Positions 9,194 to 17,436 of a DNA stretch of 64,000 nt are shown piece after piece (positions within the stretch are counted from its first letter, which is position 1; every line of letters begins with the position of its first letter). Source of the stretch: an uncultured Thermoplasmata archaeon (lineage in GTDB: Archaea > Thermoplasmatota > Thermoplasmata > UBA10834); NCBI GenBank assembly GCA_963719945.1, contig CAVRDX010000004.1, forward strand, positions 192,001-256,000, written 5' to 3'. A program made the position numbers and the translations under genes. Below the pieces are notes generated by a model that saw nothing but the letters and a program-made list of their open reading frames with translations, was not told the DNA's origin and searched no databases.

Positions 9194-10999
9194 ATGAGTG
9201 CGGAGTCCGAGCTGCTGTTCCAGATGGGCGCCATCATGCTGCTTGCGTTCGTGGCTGCCACGCTCGCTGGCAAGCTGAACCAGTCGGTCATGATCGGATA
9301 CATAGTGATAGGTATCCTAATCGGTCCGAAGATGAGCTTCGAAATCTTCGGGTTCGAATACCGCGGTTTCATAAGTGACACGAGCCTGATCGAGATACTG
9401 TCTTTCGTCGGCCTCGTAATGCTGATGTTCTTCGTAGGTCTGGAATTTTCATTCTCTAAATTAAAGAAGACGCGCACGCCTGCGATAATCCTGGCCATCA
9501 TCGACGTTAGCGTGGGGTTGTTTGTGGGGTTCATCTTCGCGTCCTACCTCGGGTGGCCATTGATCGATTCGATCTTTCTCGCTGGCGTCATAGCGATGAG
9601 CAGTTCGAGCATAGCCATGAAGGTGCTGTTCGATCTAAAGCGGATGTCCAGCCCGGAGGTGGAGTTCCTCATAGGCTTGGTCATAGTCGAGACTTTCATA
9701 GCGATGCTAATACTCGCTGTAGCGAGCGGGATGGTCGTCAGACCAGACAGCAACCCGATGGAATATGGACAGTTGCTCCTCGGCATGGCCGCGTTCTATG
9801 CCTTCTTCATATGGGTCGCTATGTGGGCCGTTCCCAAGGTCGTTTCGTTCTTCAACAGCATAGAGAATGACGAACTCTTCATTCTGTTCGCGCTCGGAAT
9901 AGTCTTCCTCACGGCTGGGTTCGCTGCTGCGATGAACGTGCCCCCCATCATAGGCGCATTCTTCATCGGGATGATACTCGCGGAGACGAATGTGTCCGTG
10001 CGTATTCGCTCGAAACTGGAATCATTCAAGGACGCGTTTGTGGCGATATTCTTCACTTCCTTCGGGATGATGATCGACCCTGCGATGTTCTCCGATGTGA
10101 TCTGGATGGTGGCCATCGCCATCCCGCTCGTGCTGTTCTACGAGATATTCGTCATATCTTCGGTCACATATTTCCTCGGATTCTCGGCGAAGGCTGCCAC
10201 AACGATCGGTACCAGTGCTACTGGAAGAGGCGTCGAGTCCATTCTGTTCGCTAGTGTGGGTAGCAATGTCCAAGGTGCGACCATGGGCTCTCTGCTCAAT
10301 CCGTTCGCGGGCGCCTTCTGCTTCGGCATGAGCGCGGTCACTTCAGTATTCGTCAAGCACTCGACGACTCTGGCAAACGCGCTCTCGAAGGTGATTCCGG
10401 CCCCATTGAAATTCTCAGGCTCAGTCATATCCAGAACGCTGGGAAAGGCTGTGATGCCATCATCTATTCGGATATTCAAGGGCGCGAAGATGACGGGAGC
10501 ACTACTGCTGTCATTCGTGATACTCTCCACAATAATCCTGATGGTGAAGCCACCGCTGCACCTGCTGTTCGTGGGCTGTGGCATCATAATGACGTTCGTG
10601 ATATACTTCGTGATAAGGTTCGAAGTGACAGAGATTGTAAAGCATGTGAACTACTCCAATCTCGGCGTGAGATCAGAGCGCAAGAGCGCTATCGTGGATT
10701 TGGTGACTTGGCTGATATTCGGCTCAGTTCTCTCAGTCCTCATAGTGGTCTCGATATGGACATACCTGTGGCAACTGTCTCTGATAGTGGCTATCTCTTA
10801 TCTGGTCGGTCTATGCTACCTCATGTTTGCGACGCACAAGCACCTGTATGCCGAACAGGCCGCCTTCGTCCCACCCATATACACGATGCCTCGACCCGAG
10901 GCCAATGAAGAAGATGATGGCGGCAATGGCCATGCAAAACCTTTGCCGAAAGCAGTGTATGGCGTCGTGAAGACGCTTCCAAAGAACATGCGACTGTAG
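9194..10999 (+). CDS. cation:proton antiporter (CPA2/KefB-like) with extra C-terminal TM region
   Basis: GLVMLMFFVGLEFS, MSSSSIAMKVL, GAFFIGMILAET, FVAIFFTSFGMMIDP. Confidence 0.88.
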   Translation: MSAESELLFQMGAIMLLAFVAATLAGKLNQSVMIGYIVIGILIGPKMSFEIFGFEYRGFISDTSLIEILSFVGLVMLMFFVGLEFSFSKLKKTRTPAIILAIIDVSVGLFVGFIFASYLGWPLIDSIFLAGVIAMSSSSIAMKVLFDLKRMSSPEVEFLIGLVIVETFIAMLILAVASGMVVRPDSNPMEYGQLLLGMAAFYAFFIWVAMWAVPKVVSFFNSIENDELFILFALGIVFLTAGFAAAMNVPPIIGAFFIGMILAETNVSVRIRSKLESFKDAFVAIFFTSFGMMIDPAMFSDVIWMVAIAIPLVLFYEIFVISSVTYFLGFSAKAATTIGTSATGRGVESILFASVGSNVQGATMGSLLNPFAGAFCFGMSAVTSVFVKHSTTLANALSKVIPAPLKFSGSVISRTLGKAVMPSSIRIFKGAKMTGALLLSFVILSTIILMVKPPLHLLFVGCGIIMTFVIYFVIRFEVTEIVKHVNYSNLGVRSERKSAIVDLVTWLIFGSVLSVLIVVSIWTYLWQLSLIVAISYLVGLCYLMFATHKHLYAEQAAFVPPIYTMPRPEANEEDDGGNGHAKPLPKAVYGVVKTLPKNMRL

Positions 11000-11131
11000 C
11001 GCTCGGAGCGATACGTGGATCGCTGTTCATCCATGATGAAAAGAGCCCTCCCAGGTTCGCACTTGACCATCAAGGGACGATTGGGTCGAGTATGATAATC
11101 ATCATATCATCTACTGACCAATCGCCCTTCA

Positions 11132-11743
11132 ATGACCGAGAAGCCAAAGGGCAGTTATGTCGTAGGGTTGTACAGCGGCGTTCTCGCAATCATCACTTTC
11201 TGCGTGCTGTATCCAATTGCAGCTTACCAGGATCCAAACTATAGATTTCTCGACGACTATCTGAGCGACCTGGGTGTGGGCCCAGGTGCGTGGGCTTTCA
11301 ACTCTGCACTTATCGTGACCGGTTCTCTCTTGACAGTGTTCGCAATATTTGGGGTGTATCAAGCAATCGGAATTGGCATATGGTCTAGGCTGAGCTCGTC
11401 TGCGCTAGCACTATCTGGAGCATTCCTGGTGTGCATTGGAATATTCACCGAGGATTTCGACGAGATACACACATTCTTCTCGTTCGCCTTTTTCATCACA
11501 TTATTGATCACACTTGGGCTGATGTCCATCGCTATGTTCAGGACCAAGGCACTCGGCTCAATTGGCACTGGAGTTTCGATAAGTGCCTTCGTAGCAGGAG
11601 CGGCGTTGATCCCGCTGGGAGCGAATCCATTCACAGAGACCATTGCTGTCTTGACCATACTGGCATGGGGCTCTGCGATTACGATTCTTATGCTTCTGAA
11701 GAACCGTGTCCGGGGCTCAAATGAATCACATCTACGCCGTTAA
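11132..11743 (+). CDS. DUF998-like membrane protein
   Basis: YLSDLGVG, FNSALIVTG, IGIFTED..H pattern. Confidence 0.8.
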   Translation: MTEKPKGSYVVGLYSGVLAIITFCVLYPIAAYQDPNYRFLDDYLSDLGVGPGAWAFNSALIVTGSLLTVFAIFGVYQAIGIGIWSRLSSSALALSGAFLVCIGIFTEDFDEIHTFFSFAFFITLLITLGLMSIAMFRTKALGSIGTGVSISAFVAGAALIPLGANPFTETIAVLTILAWGSAITILMLLKNRVRGSNESHLRR

Positions 11744-11831
11744 GTGTGCCCTACAATCATTTTAAAACCGTAGAGCAATCAGCATCGCTAAGCAGGCCTG
11801 CATTCGCAGGCTGGAATAGAGGTCGAACGAA

Positions 11832-13037
11832 ATGAAAGCCAACGAGTACAGGGAACTTGAGGGGAAATACGGGGCGCACAACTACCACCCGTTGCCAGTT
11901 GTACTGTCCAAGGCCAAGGGCGTTTGGGTCTGGGATGTCGACGGCAACAAGTACATCGACATGCTGAGCTCATACTCCGCAATCAACCAGGGGCATCTTC
12001 ACCCTAAGATTGTCGCTGCGGCAATCGAACAGCTCAACAGGATTTCCCTTTCATCGAGAGCGTTCTCGAACGACAGGATGGGACCGTACCTGAAGAAGCT
12101 CTGCGACATCAGCGGTATGGAGATGGCTCTGCCAATGAACACTGGTGCAGAGGCTGTGGAGACTGCGCTGAAGCTAGCTCGCAGGTGGGCGTACCAGAAG
12201 AAAGGCGTTCCTGAGAACAAGGGCGAGCTGATAGTCTGCGAGAACAACTTCCATGGGAGGACTACGACTATCATCAGCTTCTCATCGGACCCGGATTCCA
12301 AGAAGGGCTTCGGTCCATACACGCCGGGCTTCGTAACCATTCCATACAACGATATCAAGAGCTTCGAGAATGCTATCACCCCGAACACGATCGGTATCAT
12401 GGTCGAGCCGATCCAAGGTGAGGCCGGTATTAACGTGCCATCTCCTGGCTACTTGAAGGAACTCAGAAGGATATGCACTGAGAAAGGTATTCTGCTCATA
12501 ATCGATGAGATCCAGACAGGGTTCGCCAGAACCGGCAAGATGTTCGCCTTCGAGCACGACGGAATCAAGCCGGATATCCTCTGTGTCGGAAAGGCACTCG
12601 GCGGAGGGTTGTATCCAGTATCGGCAGCACTCTCGACCAGGGAGATCATGAGTGTGTTCACACCTGGCTCGCACGGCAGCACATTCGGTGGTAACCCCCT
12701 CGCATGCGCTATCGCAGAGGCCGCTCTGGACGTGCTGATTGATGAGGAACTGACTGAGAGGTCCACTGAAATGGGTGCATACTTCGTCAAGAGGTTGAAG
12801 GAAATCAAGACCCCTAAGATCAAGGAGATCAGGGCGAAGGGATTGCTCATCGGTGTCGAGTTCCACCTCGGTCCAAAGGAGACGGTCAGACCGATATGCG
12901 AGAAGCTCATGCAGAACGGAGTTCTTGCGAAGGACACCCATGAGAAGACCATCAGGTTCGCACCTCCGCTCACAATCACAACGGATGAGATCGACTGGGC
13001 GATGGAGCGGGTCAAGAAGGTCTTTGAAGACTATTGA
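11832..13037 (+). CDS. rocD: ornithine aminotransferase
   Basis: AHNYHPLPVV, SYSAINQGH, NFHGRT, DEIQTG, GKALGGG (PLP Lys), HGSTFGGNPL. Confidence 0.95.
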   Translation: MKANEYRELEGKYGAHNYHPLPVVLSKAKGVWVWDVDGNKYIDMLSSYSAINQGHLHPKIVAAAIEQLNRISLSSRAFSNDRMGPYLKKLCDISGMEMALPMNTGAEAVETALKLARRWAYQKKGVPENKGELIVCENNFHGRTTTIISFSSDPDSKKGFGPYTPGFVTIPYNDIKSFENAITPNTIGIMVEPIQGEAGINVPSPGYLKELRRICTEKGILLIIDEIQTGFARTGKMFAFEHDGIKPDILCVGKALGGGLYPVSAALSTREIMSVFTPGSHGSTFGGNPLACAIAEAALDVLIDEELTERSTEMGAYFVKRLKEIKTPKIKEIRAKGLLIGVEFHLGPKETVRPICEKLMQNGVLAKDTHEKTIRFAPPLTITTDEIDWAMERVKKVFEDY

Positions 13038-13118
13038 TAAACATCACTGCACGGGGTTTTGAATCCCCGTGGCAATCTTATTTTTCTGAGTTGCATCATA
13101 TCCCTACTTGGAGTTTGT

Positions 13119-13535
13119 ATGGAAGTTGCGCGAAACGGCAACCTGATCTTTCTGCGTCTCGATCACGACGATGATATTCTGGCCAAGGTTCATGAAATCA
13201 TCGCATCTGAAAAGTCGACGATGGTCTTTACTACTGGACTGGGGATGATTCACGATTTCGAGTTGGGGTACTTCGATAAAGGACAATACCTGAAGAAACA
13301 CTACATTGAGCCACACGAGCTTCTCTCGGTCCAGGGTTCAGTGTCCTCCGATGGCGAATCGAGAATCCATATCCACATCACAGTAGCGGACAAGACACAT
13401 CAGGCCTTCGGAGGTCATCTGCTATCCGGACGGGTCTGGATGAGCAATGAGTTGGTGTTGTTGACGGTCGATGGTGTGCGGTCAAAGCGAGAAATCGATC
13501 CGGTCAAGAAAGTCGCAATCCTTCACTTCCAATGA
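13119..13535 (+). CDS. PPC domain (DUF296) protein
   Basis: ELLSVQGS, HIHITV, FGGHL. Confidence 0.88.
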   Translation: MEVARNGNLIFLRLDHDDDILAKVHEIIASEKSTMVFTTGLGMIHDFELGYFDKGQYLKKHYIEPHELLSVQGSVSSDGESRIHIHITVADKTHQAFGGHLLSGRVWMSNELVLLTVDGVRSKREIDPVKKVAILHFQ

Positions 13536-13547
13536 CCTGGATCTTCG

Positions 13548-14501
13548 TTAGGGCAGATCCTTGACCATCAATACTTCCACCGATTCGACCTTGAATCCGG
13601 CTGACTTGTACATGCCAAGAGCCTTCTCGTTCTCAGCATCGACCATTAGCAGAATCCGTTCGGCTCCTTGAGACTTCAGCCAATTCACACTATCGAGAAG
13701 GAGATTCCTACCCAACCCAAGCCTGCGATGTGATTTGACGACTCCCAGGATGGCCACCCATCCTTCCCTCACACCTTCGCCTTCGACCTTGGGAGGTCTA
13801 TCCTCACTCATTACGAACCCAACCGTTTTCCCATCGTCCACCGCGAATGTGACTGCAAACACATCGTTTGTAGCCTCGAAAAAATTCTTGAACCTGTCCA
13901 TTGTGACGGGCGCGTAGTTGAAATGATCTACAAACGATTCGTTTCGAACATCAACGATTCTCGACGACAGGTTTTCGATGTCATCCTCGATGAGTATGCG
14001 CTCGACCCGGATGTCTTTCAGGAACGCAGCTTCCTCTGATTCGCAATTCTCGTTTCGAACCATTTCGTAATACTTGCGAACTTCATGGAAACCCGCACTC
14101 TCCAACAATCTCTTCTTCCAGGTGTCAATCTGGTAGCACGGGATCTGTGTCGCAGATACGCCGCGACCTGCGAGATACTCGAGGGACTTCTCCAGAAGTA
14201 TTTCTTCGATTCCGTCACATCTATGGTTCCGCATGACCTCGATGTCGAAATAAGAATCTCTCAATCCATAGGCCAGTCTTGCTCGATCAACAAGTCCATT
14301 TGCATAACCGACAGCTTCTCCATCGATGATTGCCAGCCAGGCACCTTTCGGATCGTAATCGCTATCGAGAAAAGTCTCTGCCCTCATCTCATCCGGGTTG
14401 ACTGTTCTTTGTGAGGGTAGACCTGCTCTTGAATCGTTTGAAACCTTCGCCATCGATTCGACATCATTCTCAGTTGGATGTCGGTACTCTATTCCAGGCA
14501 T
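13548..14501 (-). CDS. tandem-domain GNAT acetyltransferase (MshD-like)
   Basis: LGVVKSHRRLGLGRNLL motif A, VDAENEKALGMYKSAGF; degenerate first GNAT domain. Confidence 0.85.
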   Translation of the reverse strand: MPGIEYRHPTENDVESMAKVSNDSRAGLPSQRTVNPDEMRAETFLDSDYDPKGAWLAIIDGEAVGYANGLVDRARLAYGLRDSYFDIEVMRNHRCDGIEEILLEKSLEYLAGRGVSATQIPCYQIDTWKKRLLESAGFHEVRKYYEMVRNENCESEEAAFLKDIRVERILIEDDIENLSSRIVDVRNESFVDHFNYAPVTMDRFKNFFEATNDVFAVTFAVDDGKTVGFVMSEDRPPKVEGEGVREGWVAILGVVKSHRRLGLGRNLLLDSVNWLKSQGAERILLMVDAENEKALGMYKSAGFKVESVEVLMVKDLP

Positions 14502-14632
14502 TATTCTCAACACGGATATGCTGGATCTTTTGGATATAGTCTTTGCAGGCATCTTGTTTGAATGATTAGGGATCCAATCTCGAAATCGGACTCTGTATCA
14601 ACAGCCATCGGTCCAGGCATCGTTATCATGGT

Positions 14633-15022
14633 TCATCTCTTGTTTCCGCATTTCAAACAAGTATCTCTATGAGCGCAAAGGATTCCTTCGCATTTGGGAC
14701 ATTTCCATCTTATTTTTTCATTCGCAACGAATTTTCTTATCCCATATTCTTGAATATTCTCAAGGTTCTCGATCATGCTCATCCCATATCTGGTCCTATA
14801 TCTCTTATCCAATTGTCTCATCCTTTTGCATGGGAACTCGTCGCATGAGAAACAGAATCTTGGGGTCTTCAGGTTCATGCACCTTCTAATAATGCATCTG
14901 GAATGATGAGGGGTTTTGTTCAGATTTTCATAGTTGCATCCCGGACATCTGTTTTTCACTCTCTGATGACCTAGGCAGATTGCACAATTCATTCCGCACG
15001 GAGCGATCAATTTCAGATTCAT
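14633..15022 (-). CDS. DUF3795 Cys-rich protein
   Basis: IAPCGMNCAIC, CPGC, CFSCDEFPC, WKCPKC; GAGGAG RBS before ATG 15022; visibly AT-richer than flanks. Confidence 0.82.
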   Translation of the reverse strand: MNLKLIAPCGMNCAICLGHQRVKNRCPGCNYENLNKTPHHSRCIIRRCMNLKTPRFCFSCDEFPCKRMRQLDKRYRTRYGMSMIENLENIQEYGIRKFVANEKIRWKCPKCEGILCAHRDTCLKCGNKR

Positions 15023-15316
15023 GGTAACTCCTCTAGAAATCTGGTCTGTCATTCCCCGCCCCTTTGACAGAGATATTCTCCTCATTGCTTGACTATTTAC
15101 TGGATATAATCGCTTTTCGATATGGCCGGCACCAGAAGTCATTCTTCCCGTTCAAGTTCTTGGCCAAGCCCGCATTGTCTTGTCGTGATGGCATTCAGGA
15201 GACGTGCGCGAATGGAATTCGGGCCAGTTCGAGAATCTGAAGGCTATCTGGAATGATATATGCAGAAGTCGTCAATAGCCTCGTCCTAGTGCAACTACTC
15301 CTCTGATAATTGAGAG

Positions 15317-15388
15317 TGCGGCTGCCGGGATTCGAACCCGGGCTTGAAGCTTGGGAAGCTTCAGTCCTAACCACTAGACTACAGCCGC
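15317..15388 (-). tRNA. tRNA-Gly(CCC), intronless, CCA not encoded
   Basis: Reverse complement GCGGCTGTAGTCTAGTGGTTAGGACTGAAGCTTCCCAAGCTTCAAGCCCGGGTTCGAATCCCGGCAGCCGCA folds as a cloverleaf; anticodon loop TTCCCAA. Confidence 0.96.
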
Positions 15389-15442
15389 TTGTCAAGCACG
15401 AATGTGGCATTTTGATTTAAACATATCCGAATCGGAGACAAC

Positions 15443-16147
15443 CTATGGCGTCTCGATCACTGACAGGAAATGGTAACCGTCCCTCGAGACAATCTCCTTC
15501 GAATCCAATATTATGGGGTGTGCGAGCATCGGCCCGTCCGTCACCACTGTATGATACTCTCCGTTCTCTCCTGCCGCATCTATGCCCAAGGTTTCCATCT
15601 CTCTGACGATATCAGGTGTCAGAGTCTTCCCGAGATAACTCTTATCCAATACGCCGTCCTTGACGGATACGATCATGGCCTTGAAACCCCTTTCGAAGAA
15701 CTCGGCCATCAGCTCTCGTCTTCCCGTCTTCCAGAGTGGAAGAGCCGCCTTCATCCCCATCTCCGAACTGACCCTCTCGACCCATTCCCTGTGACCTTCG
15801 AGGTCTATGTCACCGAAGACTCCATGGGTTATCCCTTGCTTCTTCAGTTCCTCCAGCGCATCTTTGAATTGCTCTTCATACCCTTCCCAGGAGGCGTTCC
15901 TGGTCATCAGTGGGATCCCCATCGCTCTGGCCTGGCTATCGATCACAGAGACGGGCAATCCATGTCCTCGCGATCTATCGCCAGTCTCGATCAACATGGT
16001 CAGAAGATTTCTCGGCGATGCTCCAAGCTCGATTGCATGGAACAATGCGAGTGCGGAGTCCTTACCTCCGCTCCAAGAACAAAAGAATGGTGTTTCGGGA
16101 ACCAGCGTCTCTACTTCACATTTTCGAGCTGGCTTATGATGTTCCAT
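15443..16147 (-). CDS. diphthine--ammonia ligase family ATP pyrophosphatase (start uncertain, possibly CTG 16105)
   Basis: SWSGGKDS, VFGDI, PLW, GENGEYHTVVTDGP. Confidence 0.88.
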   Translation of the reverse strand: MEHHKPARKCEVETLVPETPFFCSWSGGKDSALALFHAIELGASPRNLLTMLIETGDRSRGHGLPVSVIDSQARAMGIPLMTRNASWEGYEEQFKDALEELKKQGITHGVFGDIDLEGHREWVERVSSEMGMKAALPLWKTGRRELMAEFFERGFKAMIVSVKDGVLDKSYLGKTLTPDIVREMETLGIDAAGENGEYHTVVTDGPMLAHPIILDSKEIVSRDGYHFLSVIETP

Positions 16148-16365
16148 ATGAGCGTCCGCCCGTGGAGTGGTATGTTCGGATCATTGGCTAGTTCGTCGAG
16201 GATCATGATAGCGCTCGCGCTCCTGATGTCCAAAGCCTCCTCTTTGTGCGACAGTCTCTCCTTTGCTTGTGTCGCACCGCGCCGGATGTTCCTAGGGACC
16301 GAGTTGTCCTCGGCCAGCTGGTCCAACACCTCCATGATCTGTCTAAGCTTTGTTTCCATATCCAT
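16111..16365 (-). CDS. UPF0147 family protein
   Basis: DNSVPRNIRR, LDELANDPNIPLHGRTLIWNIISQLE. Confidence 0.92.
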   Translation of the reverse strand: MDMETKLRQIMEVLDQLAEDNSVPRNIRRGATQAKERLSHKEEALDIRSASAIMILDELANDPNIPLHGRTLIWNIISQLENVK

Positions 16366-16411
16366 AACGCTCACCTTCGAAAGTGATTTTTAATGAGGAA
16401 AGCGGAGAAAA

Positions 16412-16756
16412 CTATTCCTTCGGCTCTTCCTCAACTTCGACCTTGATCTTGCCTCTTTCCTTGAACGTCGTGACGACCATGAAAGTCTTGGTCTCCTTCA
16501 CGCCGTTTATGTCTGCGACATTGTCGACTATGAACCTCTTGAGGGCTCCATAATTAGGGAACCTTGCTTTTGCGAAGATATCCGTGTCCCCGGTGACCAG
16601 GAACACATCCTCGATATGGTCGTAGGATGCGATCTTCTCCGCGACCTCGTCGGACCCCTTCGTATCAATCTTGAAGCTGATTAGGGCCGTGACTTGTTCC
16701 TCACCATAGTACGTCGAGATGATCTCCTCGTACTCCTTCTTGTCCTTATCTTCCAT
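16412..16756 (-). CDS. Lrp/AsnC ligand-binding (RAM) domain protein lacking the HTH
   Basis: VFLVTGDTDIFAKARF, INGVKETKTFMV; no N-terminal HTH. Confidence 0.88.
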   Translation of the reverse strand: MEDKDKKEYEEIISTYYGEEQVTALISFKIDTKGSDEVAEKIASYDHIEDVFLVTGDTDIFAKARFPNYGALKRFIVDNVADINGVKETKTFMVVTTFKERGKIKVEVEEEPKE

Positions 16757-16894
16757 GTCTTCGCCCCCTGATTGAGGATGCCTCTATCCGCGTCGCGCGG
16801 TTATCCAAGCTCAGGCGCCCCTAGGGTCAACAAGAGCCTTATCCTATGCATTCCCGGAAGGGACTGCTTGATAAGGTTCGGTACGAGCCCGATG

Positions 16895-17065
16895 TTACAG
16901 GCGTGCGCCTTCGAATTCTTCTTGGAGGTCTATGATCACTTGTTCAAGGATCTCCTCCAAGCTGGCGCTCCTGTACTCTCGCATTCCACCAAGGTCACTC
17001 TGAACTCTTGCAACATACGATGCGTTGCTCTTCAGAAACTCAACGTTGCACAAGGGCTCTTCCAT
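16895..17065 (-). CDS. small acidic hypothetical protein (56 aa, absent from the ORF track)
   Basis: MEEPLCNVEFLKSNASYVARVQSDLGGMREYRSASLEEILEQVIIDLQEEFEGARL; GGGGTGA RBS 6 nt upstream. Confidence 0.75.
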   Translation of the reverse strand: MEEPLCNVEFLKSNASYVARVQSDLGGMREYRSASLEEILEQVIIDLQEEFEGARL

Positions 17066-17204
17066 CCGTGTTCACCCCATCTGGCCCAGGCACCACCCGA
17101 GGCCATGGTTAGCGCGCTGGTGCGCCATATATCCTCTATTATTTAGACCTTTCTTAAATTCCTTCCGGTGACCGGACGGGCCAGAATGCCGTCTGGCACG
17201 GGTC

Positions 17205-17263
17205 TGGGTCTGATGATGGGTGCCTTCAGGTCTGATCCATGCCCTCTAGCATACTCTACCTGA
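17205..17263 (+). ncRNA. candidate box C/D sRNA or K-turn element
   Basis: TGATGA 17211-17216, CTGA 17232-17235 and 17260-17263; no recognisable C' box; no target identified. Confidence 0.35.
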
Positions 17264-17305
17264 CGGGTTTACAATGTTCAAGTTCGGCCAATGCCAGCGA
17301 CCAAG

Positions 17306-17315
17306 TATTATATAT
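17306..17315 (+). promoter_or_regulatory. TATA box of the Ile-leader/ileS-like transcript
   Basis: TATTATATAT; TTATAT lies 32 nt before the uORF ATG, similar to the 30 nt spacing seen for the PAC2 gene and asnS. Confidence 0.7.
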
Positions 17316-17339
17316 CGCAGCAACAGTAATCCCAGATCG

Positions 17340-17381
17340 ATGAACTCGGCAGCCAATAGCCTTATCATAATTATAGGCTGA
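17340..17381 (+). CDS. Ile-rich leader peptide MNSAANSLIIIIG (putative attenuator uORF)
   Basis: ATG AAC TCG GCA GCC AAT AGC CTT ATC ATA ATT ATA GGC TGA, 55 nt upstream of an IleRS homologue. Confidence 0.75.
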   Translation: MNSAANSLIIIIG

Positions 17382-17436
17382 TTCTTGCCCCCATTGCCGA
17401 GTTTGTATTAGAGGCCTTTTGGAGGGATTTGTTGTT

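Noticed and set aside
11796-11811. GCCTGC/GCAGGC hairpin in the rocD leader
   Set aside because: A single short hairpin with no uORF and no RBS overlap; not enough for a regulatory call.
15317-15340. Integrated element with an att repeat at tRNA-Gly
   Set aside because: No duplicate of the tRNA 3' end and no integrase were seen in the window.
17218-17280. TPP riboswitch (GGGTGC...CTGA...ACCTGA)
   Set aside because: It lacks CTGAGA and the P5 TAAT..C.GCG segment, lies upstream of the ileS TATA box, and no thiamine gene follows.
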